Source of the DNA: Pseudoalteromonas tetraodonis
GTDB taxonomy: Bacteria; Pseudomonadota; Gammaproteobacteria; Enterobacterales; Alteromonadaceae
NCBI RefSeq assembly: GCF_002310835.1
Contig: NZ_CP011041.1
Coordinates: 1,860,001 to 1,892,000 of the forward strand
Length of the DNA: 32,000 bases
Direction of reading: 5' to 3'
Shown here one piece after another: positions 16,658-25,618 of the stretch. Both the position numbers and the translations under genes were made by a program. Below the pieces are notes generated by a model. It did not search any database. It saw only the letters and a list, made by a program, of their open reading frames with translations, and had not been told where the DNA came from. Positions within the stretch are counted from its first letter, which is position 1; every line of letters starts with the position of its first letter.

Positions 16658-19342
16658 TTAAGCTTCTAAAATAACGTCAATTGTATTGAGTAAAGCCTCT
16701 ACTTGATGTCTATCAAGCACGGCGTTAGCGGATTTTAATCGTTTTTCAAACTCAACAGCTTGTTGATACAGTGCTTGGCATTCAAACATCCCTGCCGTTC
16801 CCTTAATCATATGTACGCTGCGTGCAAAACCGGTTATATCACCCTGCTTAAATTGCGATTGTAATGTGTGTTTTTGTTTTTTTAATCCTTTAATGTATTC
16901 TTGCTTGAGCAGTGCAAACTCATCATCAGGCAGCTTAATATTTTCGCATATATCAATATCAAGATAACTTGCGATTTTACTACTAAAGCACCGTCTATCG
17001 ATGGGTTTGGCAATATGATCGGTAAAACCTTGTTTTAAATAGCGATCTACTTCATGCTTCATCGTATTCGCAGTAAGCGCCACAATCGGTGTTGTTACAC
17101 CCGTGGCTTGCATAATATTAATTGCTTGTTCACCATCCATAATTGGCATTTGAATATCTAATAAAATTAAATCAAATTGTTCATCAAGTGTCGCTTGTGC
17201 AGCATCTCGGCCATTTTCTACTGCCACCACAGTTAAACCCATTCGCTCTAAAATCCGCTTAATCAGCTGTCGGTTTTCTGGGTGATCTTCAGCCACGAGT
17301 ACCCTACCAATCAAATTTCGCTGGTTACTATTTAAAGGGAGCTCTTTGTTTTGTGACTTACAGATATCGTCAAATGCGTAAACCCATTTTGTATGCTCCG
17401 TTGTATGCAGTGCCATAGTAAAACAAAACTCACTGCCGCTACCGAGTACAGAATAAACCGTAATATCCCCATCTAGTTTAGTTGCTAAGCTTTTTGATAT
17501 GTTTAATCCAAGTCCAGTGCCACCGTATTTACGAGAAATCGACGAGTCAGCTTGATGAAAGGGAGTAAATAGATCTTTTTGCTCACTGTCGGTCATACCT
17601 ATTCCCGTATCTTTCACTTTAATAATTAGTTGTTTTTTATTACAGCTAACCGTTAGCTTTATATAACCTTGGCTGGTAAATTTAAGCGCATTGCTTGCTA
17701 AATTTAATAATATTTGTCTCAATCGAGTTGGATCTGAGACTATCCAATCAGGTAGCGGAAATTGATAATCAACTTTAAATTTTAAGCCTTTATCACGAAT
17801 TTGTTTTCCTAATAACGATTCGATTTCAGCAATAGTGGCAAACAAGTCCGTTTCAACTAGCTCTATCTCTAGACGGTTAGCCTCAATTTTTGACATATCC
17901 AAAATGTCATTAATTAAGCCAAGAACATGACGACTATTTTGCAAAATCACCCGAATGCCATGGTTTCTCTCATGAGGCTGTATATCACCTAAAATAATAC
18001 CATCAGCATAACCAATGATTGATGTCATTGGGGTGCGAATTTCGTGGCTCATATTGGCTAAAAATCGACTTTTAGCTTCACTTGCATCACGAAGTTCTTC
18101 AGCTAATTGTTGTAACTCTTGAGTACGCAAGTGTACTTTGTGTTCTAAATTTTTAGTCAACTCAACATTCTCATGGTGTAAAATGCTAAATTTATTTGCC
18201 ACGGCAAAAGCAAGTAGCACTGCATCGAGTGCGGTACCAATGAGCCCAAGTAAATAGAGATCCATCTTTATGGGTTCAATTAGCCCTAAATTAGTTAAAT
18301 TGCCGACCATATTAGGAATGGCCATCGCCAAATACGCTAAAACAAAATAGCGAGCGGGCTTAAAGCCACTTAACCAACTTCGTATACCAACAATCATACC
18401 CAGGCACAAAGTAGCCCCCGTTACTAAAGTAGCCCATATAAAGCCAAAACCTGGCCAAATGATTGCAAATGGAGTACCTGCGGTAGCAATAATGCCCAAA
18501 TAAATTGAAAACCGTGATAATTGAGGAGACGTTTCCTTTAATTTAAGTAAGCTGTTAAAAAATAAGATATTTGTGATGGGAATTAAGGTAAAACCTAGCC
18601 AATGAAAATGGGCGTTGTAAAAACCAAAAATTTGATCTGGTATATGAAAAAACTGACTCCAAGCTAATACCCAGCACGCGGTAAACAGAGCGTAATACAA
18701 ATGGGTTTTATCTCTATCACCCAAGTAAATAAGAAAATTATATAAACCTAATGCAATACCAACCCCGAAGCACAGTAGCATAATCATGTTATCTGATGTT
18801 TTTTTCACAAAAAAATCATCATAAGGTGAAAGCACTAATTTAGGTGGGGTATAAAAGTATTCACTTTGAAATTTTGCAATTAATATGTAGGGCCGATTAG
18901 GCGTCAGCTCGATTCTATTACCATAATGAAATGCAAACTCATTAGGGTAAATGCCACCCGTTGTATAACGATTTATTGGCTCATCAAAATTCGACATATC
19001 ATAAATACGCGTCTCAATTTTTGAAAGCAGCGTGTTATAGGGATATAACACAAGTTCATTTAAATCAGTTTTGTTTTCCAGCTTAATCACAAACCAAAAA
19101 CTACCACCAAAAAACGATGTTCTCGATTGTGGTTGCTTTTTTTCAAGCCACGTTTCTATATCGCTATGGTCTCGGGGAAAAGCGCCATCAGTGACTTGAA
19201 ATACACTGCCTTGATTAAGCAAATCAGTATCTTGTTGTTTCAAAGTATAAGCAAAAGGCTCAAGTGCATTTGCCACTGCTAAATTGCTAAAGCATATAAA
19301 TACACAATATATAAATAGCTTTAGAGCTGCCTTTATTGGCAT
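16658..19342 (-). CDS. Hybrid sensor histidine kinase with 7TMR-DISM periplasmic and 7TM sensor, HisKA-HATPase, REC and Hpt domains (LadS/RetS-like architecture)
   Basis: Signal peptide plus a ~170-aa periplasmic domain and 7 hydrophobic helices. Then the H-box FLANMSHEIRTPM, N/G boxes (LNLASNALKFT, DTGIGM, GGTGLGL), REC (VLVAEDHPENR...LLDIQMPIMDG...KP) and Hpt (HMIKGTAGMF). Likely start is ATG 19342; the track GTG at 19351 sits within AAGGTG. Confidence 0.9.
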   Translation of the reverse strand: MPIKAALKLFIYCVFICFSNLAVANALEPFAYTLKQQDTDLLNQGSVFQVTDGAFPRDHSDIETWLEKKQPQSRTSFFGGSFWFVIKLENKTDLNELVLYPYNTLLSKIETRIYDMSNFDEPINRYTTGGIYPNEFAFHYGNRIELTPNRPYILIAKFQSEYFYTPPKLVLSPYDDFFVKKTSDNMIMLLCFGVGIALGLYNFLIYLGDRDKTHLYYALFTACWVLAWSQFFHIPDQIFGFYNAHFHWLGFTLIPITNILFFNSLLKLKETSPQLSRFSIYLGIIATAGTPFAIIWPGFGFIWATLVTGATLCLGMIVGIRSWLSGFKPARYFVLAYLAMAIPNMVGNLTNLGLIEPIKMDLYLLGLIGTALDAVLLAFAVANKFSILHHENVELTKNLEHKVHLRTQELQQLAEELRDASEAKSRFLANMSHEIRTPMTSIIGYADGIILGDIQPHERNHGIRVILQNSRHVLGLINDILDMSKIEANRLEIELVETDLFATIAEIESLLGKQIRDKGLKFKVDYQFPLPDWIVSDPTRLRQILLNLASNALKFTSQGYIKLTVSCNKKQLIIKVKDTGIGMTDSEQKDLFTPFHQADSSISRKYGGTGLGLNISKSLATKLDGDITVYSVLGSGSEFCFTMALHTTEHTKWVYAFDDICKSQNKELPLNSNQRNLIGRVLVAEDHPENRQLIKRILERMGLTVVAVENGRDAAQATLDEQFDLILLDIQMPIMDGEQAINIMQATGVTTPIVALTANTMKHEVDRYLKQGFTDHIAKPIDRRCFSSKIASYLDIDICENIKLPDDEFALLKQEYIKGLKKQKHTLQSQFKQGDITGFARSVHMIKGTAGMFECQALYQQAVEFEKRLKSANAVLDRHQVEALLNTIDVILEA

Positions 19343-19357
19343 ACTTTGCACCTTAAA

Positions 19358-21628
19358 TTAAAACTGATAACTAATATCCAAGCCAAAACGCCGGTCTTCA
19401 CCCTTAAAATCTTCAAGCATGCCAAGAAAAGAACTTAAATCAAATTTTAAGTGACTGTATTGAGTACCAAACAGGTTTTTACCCCAAATGGCAACCCTCC
19501 AGTTATCGTGTTGATAGTGTATATTGGCGTTAAAAATACTATAGCTATCTTGCATCGCATAGGGGTTTTGATTCTGATCAAAATAGTAATCGGATTGATA
19601 ATCAACTAATAATTGAGTAGTTAGTGGGTGATTAGCCACCTCAAGAGTGTATTCAATACCCGCACTGAGATTCCATTTTGAGGTAAACGGCAAACGATTA
19701 TTAGTTAACGCATTCCCTAGTAGATCAACATATTCTTCAAACTCTGCATGAGGTATATAACCCATAGCAAACTTAACATTCAAATTATCGGTCAGCCAAT
19801 ACTCAAGATCAGCTTCTAAGCCGTAAATAATGGAGTCAGCCACATTTTCTAATAATTGAATTGGCGGGCTCTGCTCAGATGTTGAAGGCTGATTCATAAA
19901 GACTTGTTGATCATTATAATCATAATAAAATGCAGCCCAGTTAAATCGAATACCCTGCTGTGGCCACCAGGACTTTGATCCGATTTCATGTGAGTTTAAC
20001 CGCTCTTTTTGATAGTCAGCGAGTTGGGCCTGTTCAACCGATGATAAAAAGCCACCGTTATAGCCTCCGCTTTTGGCGCCATTAGCAAAACGATAATAGG
20101 CGTAAGTTGAATCATCGACTTTAAAGTTCACTCCTAACTGCCCAGAAATGCCATTATCTGACTGCTCTCCTTGAACACGATAAAATGGAACCTTAACCCC
20201 CGTTAAATCGTTAGCATCTAAAATAACATTAAGCTGTGACACTGAGTCGTAGTCTAACGATTCATAAGAGTAACGAAGCCCTGCAGTGATCAGCCAATCT
20301 TGGTTTAATTGATAATCGAGTTGCGTAAACGCAGCCATACTCTTTGTGTTTATTTTATTATTATAAAAAAAAGTAGCGGTTAAATCTGTCGATAAAATTC
20401 CCCGATAGTCGCGTAAAATATCATTTACATTATCTTGAACAATAGACTCATCAGCATAATATATTCCCGTCGTTAAAAAATGCTCACCCAACTGAGATTG
20501 CAATCGCAATTCTTGCGTCACCAAATCAGTATTTAACCCTAAGTTGCCCTCACATAACTTTGCGGGAGAGCCATCACAATTAAAAGCATGGTCCCGTTTT
20601 AATTTGTTATAACTGCTTAAAAAAACAAGCTCATTGTGTGTGTCTAATTGCCAATTAGCATGGGCGCTAATGCCCTTACCATCTGTTTTATGAGGCGAAT
20701 TATTATTTACGCTGACTGTATAAAAATCATCACTGGCATCATTAAAGCCAAAATTATCAAAACAGCTGGTTGAACCCGCTTGTGCTGGCGAGCATCGCTC
20801 TCCTGTTAGTGGATTAGCAACAATTCCAATACTACCAACCGGCTGTACTATGCCATCCCAATCGGCAATATGCCCTTTTATCAATAGCTGTACCGTGTCA
20901 AAATCAGCTAAAAAGGAAACTCGGCCATTCGTTTGTCGCATGCCAGCTTTCGGTGAGTCGGCAAAAATATTGTTAGTGGAATAATCATAATCTTGATGAT
21001 TAAGCGCTATACGAACGGCAGTGTTTTCACTAATTGCTGAATTAAACATAGCATCAACACTGGTCGCATTGTTATTAGCAATGCCAGTGCTTAAATAACC
21101 ACTTTGTTCAAACTCAGGGCGTTTAGAGCGGATTAAAATAGCGCCCCCTGTAGAGTTGCGACCAAATAAAGTGCCTTGAGGACCACGCAAAATATCAATT
21201 TGTTCAATATCAAATAAATTAACAATTTGGTTACTTGCAGAGCCAACAGCAATGTCATCAACATACATCGCCACAGGGGATGTATTCGCCGTATTGTAAT
21301 CAACTAGCCCTACACCACGAATGTTAACCGCTGGCGGTGTGCCTTCCGCTGCGTTTTGACTAATTTTTAGATTAGGAGCAAATACAGACAACTCTGTCGA
21401 ATCTTTAACGTGTTGTACTTGAAGATCATTACCTTTAATGGTGCTTACAGAAATGCCAACTTCTTCAATTTTTTGCGCTCTTTTTTGCGCATAAACTTCT
21501 ATGATTTCCATATTACGCGCATTCGCACTTTCATCATCTACAAGTACTTTCGCCTGCAGTGGCAGTAAAAAGCCTGGTAAGCATATCAACCCTATTTTCT
21601 TATTGAGAAGCTTGCCTTTATTTTTCAT
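19358..21628 (-). CDS. TonB-dependent outer membrane receptor
   Basis: 756 aa with a signal peptide, a plug domain (IEVYAQKR..., RGPQGTLFGRNSTGGAI) and a C-terminal beta-barrel ending ...RRFGLDISYQF (terminal aromatic residue). Confidence 0.9.
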   Translation of the reverse strand: MKNKGKLLNKKIGLICLPGFLLPLQAKVLVDDESANARNMEIIEVYAQKRAQKIEEVGISVSTIKGNDLQVQHVKDSTELSVFAPNLKISQNAAEGTPPAVNIRGVGLVDYNTANTSPVAMYVDDIAVGSASNQIVNLFDIEQIDILRGPQGTLFGRNSTGGAILIRSKRPEFEQSGYLSTGIANNNATSVDAMFNSAISENTAVRIALNHQDYDYSTNNIFADSPKAGMRQTNGRVSFLADFDTVQLLIKGHIADWDGIVQPVGSIGIVANPLTGERCSPAQAGSTSCFDNFGFNDASDDFYTVSVNNNSPHKTDGKGISAHANWQLDTHNELVFLSSYNKLKRDHAFNCDGSPAKLCEGNLGLNTDLVTQELRLQSQLGEHFLTTGIYYADESIVQDNVNDILRDYRGILSTDLTATFFYNNKINTKSMAAFTQLDYQLNQDWLITAGLRYSYESLDYDSVSQLNVILDANDLTGVKVPFYRVQGEQSDNGISGQLGVNFKVDDSTYAYYRFANGAKSGGYNGGFLSSVEQAQLADYQKERLNSHEIGSKSWWPQQGIRFNWAAFYYDYNDQQVFMNQPSTSEQSPPIQLLENVADSIIYGLEADLEYWLTDNLNVKFAMGYIPHAEFEEYVDLLGNALTNNRLPFTSKWNLSAGIEYTLEVANHPLTTQLLVDYQSDYYFDQNQNPYAMQDSYSIFNANIHYQHDNWRVAIWGKNLFGTQYSHLKFDLSSFLGMLEDFKGEDRRFGLDISYQF

Positions 21629-21715
21629 TTCTTGTGACCTTTACGCTAGACAAATGTAAACAGCATGTTTAATTATATACTAATCAATCGATAATACGGT
21701 TATATGAATAATATT

Positions 21716-23965
21716 TTAATGTTTGAGGGCTGCAAATGCATCTTCGCCACTAATGTGTTGTGGGTAACCTACCATTGCTCTTGCTGTTTGCATACCAGCC
21801 ATGACAGCCGCTTCAACACAACCGGCATTAACGCCTGTTTTTATCCAGTCACCGGTAATAAAAAGATTGGTAAATTGTGTTTCATCGGTTGCTAGACGAT
21901 ATTTACTTGAGCCCGCAACTGACAGTACATATCGCTCACTGGGATCCACATTTACTCGCCAGTATTGAGCATTTAATCGTTCATCCCCTGATAACTGAGA
22001 GCCATGCAAAACAGACCAGTCAAATTGATTATTTTGATACGCTAATGGCCAAATAGCCTGTATGTTATTTTCTAGCATACCTTTAAGATTAGCTTTTACT
22101 TGCGATTTTGCTTGAAAAACAAATTGATGTTCACTTTGTGGCGGGTAATAGTCACAAGGAAAAACACTGCAAAAGTAAGCAATGTTTTTAGGAGGACAAT
22201 CGATAGGCCATTGCTCTTTGTCGATTAAATTCATCATCGCCGCCCATGTATCAAATGGTTCGCTAAAGCTACTGAGAATGGGGCCTTCTTTGCTAGGTGG
22301 CCTATATTGCCAACCTAATTGCTCGTCAGTCTTACTAAGCCACAATTGGGCTGCCTGCGTTGCCACCGTTTTAACTTGCTTTGCTTGAGCTGCAAAATTT
22401 GTATCCAATGCAAGTAAAGAAGGACATACATGTTCAAGTGAGGCAACAGATACGCCAAGAATAATCCTGTCAAAGTCATCTTTGTAGCGTAATTCTTTTA
22501 TTGGTAGGGGCTGCCCAAAATGGTTTTCATACTGAGCAGTCCAGTTAGACCAAAAAGATTCTAAGTTAATATTATGCTGTTTTAATAGTGCAGCTTGTTC
22601 ACTATTAATTTGCGCATAAAGCGGCTCACTTGGCCAACAAGGTAGTTTTTTCACATCAACAAGTGGTTGATATTCAGCGCCTGATTTCAAAGTAACTTGT
22701 TGCTGTAACTTAATTACCTCAACAAAACGTTCACCCTGCTCATTTAGGCTGGGTTCCAGGTTTTGCAATTGATGGAAATATTCAAACTTAACCCCTCTTT
22801 TTTTTAGTAGCTCATACAGTGGAGCAAAAATGACATCGCCCATCCCCGCTTGCATTTTCCACATGACGCCACCGCGATAACACAGCGCAATACGTAACAT
22901 AGCTAGTGATGCAACACCGGCTTCAACATTAGGCTTACTGATGTCTCCATCAGCGTAAGCAAATACTAAATCATAAAATCCCCGTATTGGCGCAGAACTA
23001 GCGCTGTAATGCTCATTTGCCCCATTTCTTATCAGCCACTGTCTAAAATCAAATTTGTTTATGACCCCAAACCCATCTCGATATACTTTGTCTTTGACCA
23101 GGCCAACCAACATTGCAATAGCAAGGTCTGCACAAATATATAATCGTCTAAGCTGCGCATTATTGTCTAATAACTCAATCATTTCGCTATTTAGCCAACG
23201 CTTTAGTTTTCTAACTATATACCAAATGACAAGGCCATCTTTTTTCTCTTGTACTTGGGGTTTTAATGTATTGTCAGCGTGAGCAAACTGATTTAATTTA
23301 CTTATTAATAAGCTGGGAGTAGAGGCTATTTCACTCGAGTATTGTTTTATATCATCAGCAAAGTGTTGCCAAGTTTCCTCTTTATCATCAACCAAGTCCG
23401 CTATTTGTTGATGTAAATGGCGTAATAAAGACTGATCACGAGATTTTTTTGTGCTCAGTTTTATATTTTTATTGGCTTTTTTTGCGGCTAATTGTAAATC
23501 CAGTATCCACTTTTTTAGCCAAGCTAGGGTCATTTTAATAAAGTCCCATGGCGTAATATCCAAACTACCCTCCGCAGGATTTCCAGGTAATAAGAGGAAA
23601 TCTATTGGCCATGTTTGCCATTGATCATTAATATATTCTTCTAGTGCTATAAAACTATGCGGCTTTAATGCTTGCTGCCATGTAGATAAAGGTGAATCGA
23701 CTGGGCGTTGTAACTGAGTGTAAACCGTTTCTATTGTTTTAAAGCTATTTACATAAGCACCAAACCATACATGCAAGCCATGCTCTTCAATACGCTGCCC
23801 ACGAGCCGCATTGCGGCCACTTGTGCCTTTACCACCTAAACGCCAACCTTGTTGGTATACAGTAATAGTTCGATGCTGTTGCCAATCACGCTGCTCGGTT
23901 AAATACAGTGCAGCAGTCATAGCCGATACACCGCCACCAATTATCACAATTTTTTCTTGGCCCAT
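21716..23965 (-). CDS. Large FAD/NAD(P)-binding amine-oxidase / phytoene-desaturase-like oxidoreductase (COG3349-like)
   Basis: N-terminal Rossmann KIVIIGGGVSAMTAALYL; GGKGTS...EHGLHVWFGAYVNSF resembles the PDS-type GGK...ETGLHIFFGAYPN; C-terminal LFITGDWIKTGVNAGCVEAAVMAGMQTA. At 749 aa it is much longer than typical family members. Confidence 0.75.
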   Translation of the reverse strand: MGQEKIVIIGGGVSAMTAALYLTEQRDWQQHRTITVYQQGWRLGGKGTSGRNAARGQRIEEHGLHVWFGAYVNSFKTIETVYTQLQRPVDSPLSTWQQALKPHSFIALEEYINDQWQTWPIDFLLLPGNPAEGSLDITPWDFIKMTLAWLKKWILDLQLAAKKANKNIKLSTKKSRDQSLLRHLHQQIADLVDDKEETWQHFADDIKQYSSEIASTPSLLISKLNQFAHADNTLKPQVQEKKDGLVIWYIVRKLKRWLNSEMIELLDNNAQLRRLYICADLAIAMLVGLVKDKVYRDGFGVINKFDFRQWLIRNGANEHYSASSAPIRGFYDLVFAYADGDISKPNVEAGVASLAMLRIALCYRGGVMWKMQAGMGDVIFAPLYELLKKRGVKFEYFHQLQNLEPSLNEQGERFVEVIKLQQQVTLKSGAEYQPLVDVKKLPCWPSEPLYAQINSEQAALLKQHNINLESFWSNWTAQYENHFGQPLPIKELRYKDDFDRIILGVSVASLEHVCPSLLALDTNFAAQAKQVKTVATQAAQLWLSKTDEQLGWQYRPPSKEGPILSSFSEPFDTWAAMMNLIDKEQWPIDCPPKNIAYFCSVFPCDYYPPQSEHQFVFQAKSQVKANLKGMLENNIQAIWPLAYQNNQFDWSVLHGSQLSGDERLNAQYWRVNVDPSERYVLSVAGSSKYRLATDETQFTNLFITGDWIKTGVNAGCVEAAVMAGMQTARAMVGYPQHISGEDAFAALKH

Positions 23966-23985
23966 GATAAATCCTTCTAAGTAAT

Positions 23986-24921
23986 TTAAATTTTAGTTGC
24001 GGCTAACTGGTCAAAATCCATTTGAACATAAAATGGTAAGTGCAGCGCTTGACTACCTAACTTCAGACCAAACATATCGGCAAGGTGGAAACTATCTAAT
24101 TTATTAAGATGTAAAGTAAACTCAGGTTTCAGAAATTTAAAGCGATGTATTTTTTTAATCATAGAGGGTGAGTGCATTACGCTTTGGTATACCGCTGAAT
24201 CACTACTGCCATCGGGAAATTGCTTAAACAATATTTGATCCATTTGTGGATTAACAAACCCACTCAATAGCTGCTTTAATAATGACAAATCAATGCCTAA
24301 ATGTTTACGAGAAAACAAATTTGCTACTTGCTCGCCAAAATCATCTAGGACAGAGAAAAAGTCATTTTCGTGCCCCTGAGAGTTTATTGTGATTGTAAAT
24401 AACTCATGCATTTGCAGCTTTGATTCAGGCGAAAAATGATCAAAGCATTCTAAAGATAGTGAAAAATTCGAAAGCTCAGTTACACACTCGGGCATAATGT
24501 AATCACATAAATATTTATTATAGCCCCACGTTTCGCGACCATTTATAAGTGCATAAATGTTATTAACGCAGATAAATGCAGGATACCAATATAGGTAGGT
24601 TATATCCTCATCTTCAACTTTAGCGACAGGCAACCAGATGATAATATCTGTTTCTTGCATCCAACCATGCTGATCGAAAGGCGGTGTCATTGAGGCTATT
24701 TTTTCAATATCTGTAAATGTAATAAGTGCAAACTCGCCAAGTATTTTAAGACGAATATTCCCTTTAACGCCTCCGTTTAGCGTTGAATCAATATATCTTT
24801 GTGATTTAGCTAATTCTATCTCAGCAAAAAAACCATACATATTCGCATTGTGCATACGACAAGGCGGCTTTGCTATTGGATTAGATAAAAAATGTTGATA
24901 TGGCGCAGATAGTGAGCTCAT
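23986..24921 (-). CDS. Acetoacetate decarboxylase (ADC)-fold family protein, function unknown
   Basis: 311 aa. NNIYALINGRETWGYNKYLC aligns with the ADC active-site segment NEPAIAVGRELSAYPKKLG (C. acetobutylicum Adc, from memory). Strong SD GAGGGG. It ends 20 nt before the flavoprotein gene. Confidence 0.55.
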   Translation of the reverse strand: MSSLSAPYQHFLSNPIAKPPCRMHNANMYGFFAEIELAKSQRYIDSTLNGGVKGNIRLKILGEFALITFTDIEKIASMTPPFDQHGWMQETDIIIWLPVAKVEDEDITYLYWYPAFICVNNIYALINGRETWGYNKYLCDYIMPECVTELSNFSLSLECFDHFSPESKLQMHELFTITINSQGHENDFFSVLDDFGEQVANLFSRKHLGIDLSLLKQLLSGFVNPQMDQILFKQFPDGSSDSAVYQSVMHSPSMIKKIHRFKFLKPEFTLHLNKLDSFHLADMFGLKLGSQALHLPFYVQMDFDQLAATKI

Positions 24922-24963
24922 TTGACCCCCTCAGTTAAAAACTGAGTATAGTCAGATATATTT

Positions 24964-25180
24964 GGGTCTGCTGACCTTTGCGAATTAATATTTATGGCTA
25001 TATGTGAATTCCACTCGATTCAAAGTATTTTAATAAATTGCTTGCAAAGTAAAATGTTGTGAAGTAGTATTGCTGCTTGGCTATAAAAAGCCCTAGCGGT
25101 TAACCTCTTTACCCTGATCCAGTAAGCCCCGCAAAACGTATATTCAAAAGCTAAGTTATTGTACGGCGAGAACCCCTATT
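24964..25180. repeat. Degenerate copy or copies of the 8763-9027 repeat family in the promoter region of the ADC-like cluster
   Basis: 24964-24994 (GGGTCTGCTGACCTTTGCGAATTAATATTTA) matches the left arm 8763-8793 at 24/31 positions by hand. A second arm-like motif, GCCCTAGCGGTTAACCTCTTT, lies at ~25090. The boundaries and the number of units are uncertain. Confidence 0.4.
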
Positions 25181-25280
25181 AATACCTTGATGATTTATTT
25201 TTAGTATCATCGTAAAAGTGTCATAAAGATCGTCAACACTGTAATGAAGCTAAACACAATTAGATTATTTATCATCTGTA

Positions 25281-25502
25281 ATGTGCTTTAAGAAAAAGCC
25301 CAGAATAAATAACAAAAATAAAGTGAGTTTTATTATGTCATACAAATATAACGGATCTATGATCCAAATAGCACATCCAGTGCAATCAATTTCGGTTAAC
25401 AAACATCGTGTAATCTTTAGCGATACACAAGGTTTGAAAAATGCATTGTTTCAAAAAGCAAGTGATGCACGTCAATTTGTAAAGTGGCTCAAAGCCAGCT
25501 AA
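25281..25502 (+). CDS. Small hypothetical protein; likely true start ATG 25335, giving 55 aa
   Basis: The ORF is followed by a strong terminator. The N-terminal 18 codons of the track ORF are Lys/Asn-rich AT-rich sequence. I recognise no homology. Confidence 0.4.
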   Translation: MCFKKKPRINNKNKVSFIMSYKYNGSMIQIAHPVQSISVNKHRVIFSDTQGLKNALFQKASDARQFVKWLKAS

Positions 25503-25539
25503 TTATCATTGATAAGTTAAACACTTATAAATAAATCTA

Positions 25540-25566
25540 AATGCCAGCGTGAAGCTGGCATTTTAC
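25540..25566 (+). terminator. Rho-independent terminator
   Basis: ATGCCAGC / GCTGGCAT 8-bp stem with a 5-nt loop, followed by TTTT. Confidence 0.8.
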
Positions 25567-25618
25567 TTTTTGGTGTATTATTGACTACACTTAAATCCTT
25601 GTTTATTTATTCGTTGTA

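Noticed and set aside
21629-21715. Possible riboswitch (for example cobalamin or TPP) upstream of the TonB-dependent receptor
   Set aside because: The spacer is only 87 nt, too short for the usual TBDR-associated riboswitches. I saw no conserved riboswitch core motifs. The gene is more likely co-transcribed with the upstream flavoprotein gene.
21704-23282. Plus-strand ORFs 21704-21895, 22182-22388 and 23055-23282
   Set aside because: They are antisense to the 749-aa flavoprotein ORF. They are Cys/Ser/Leu-rich shadow products.
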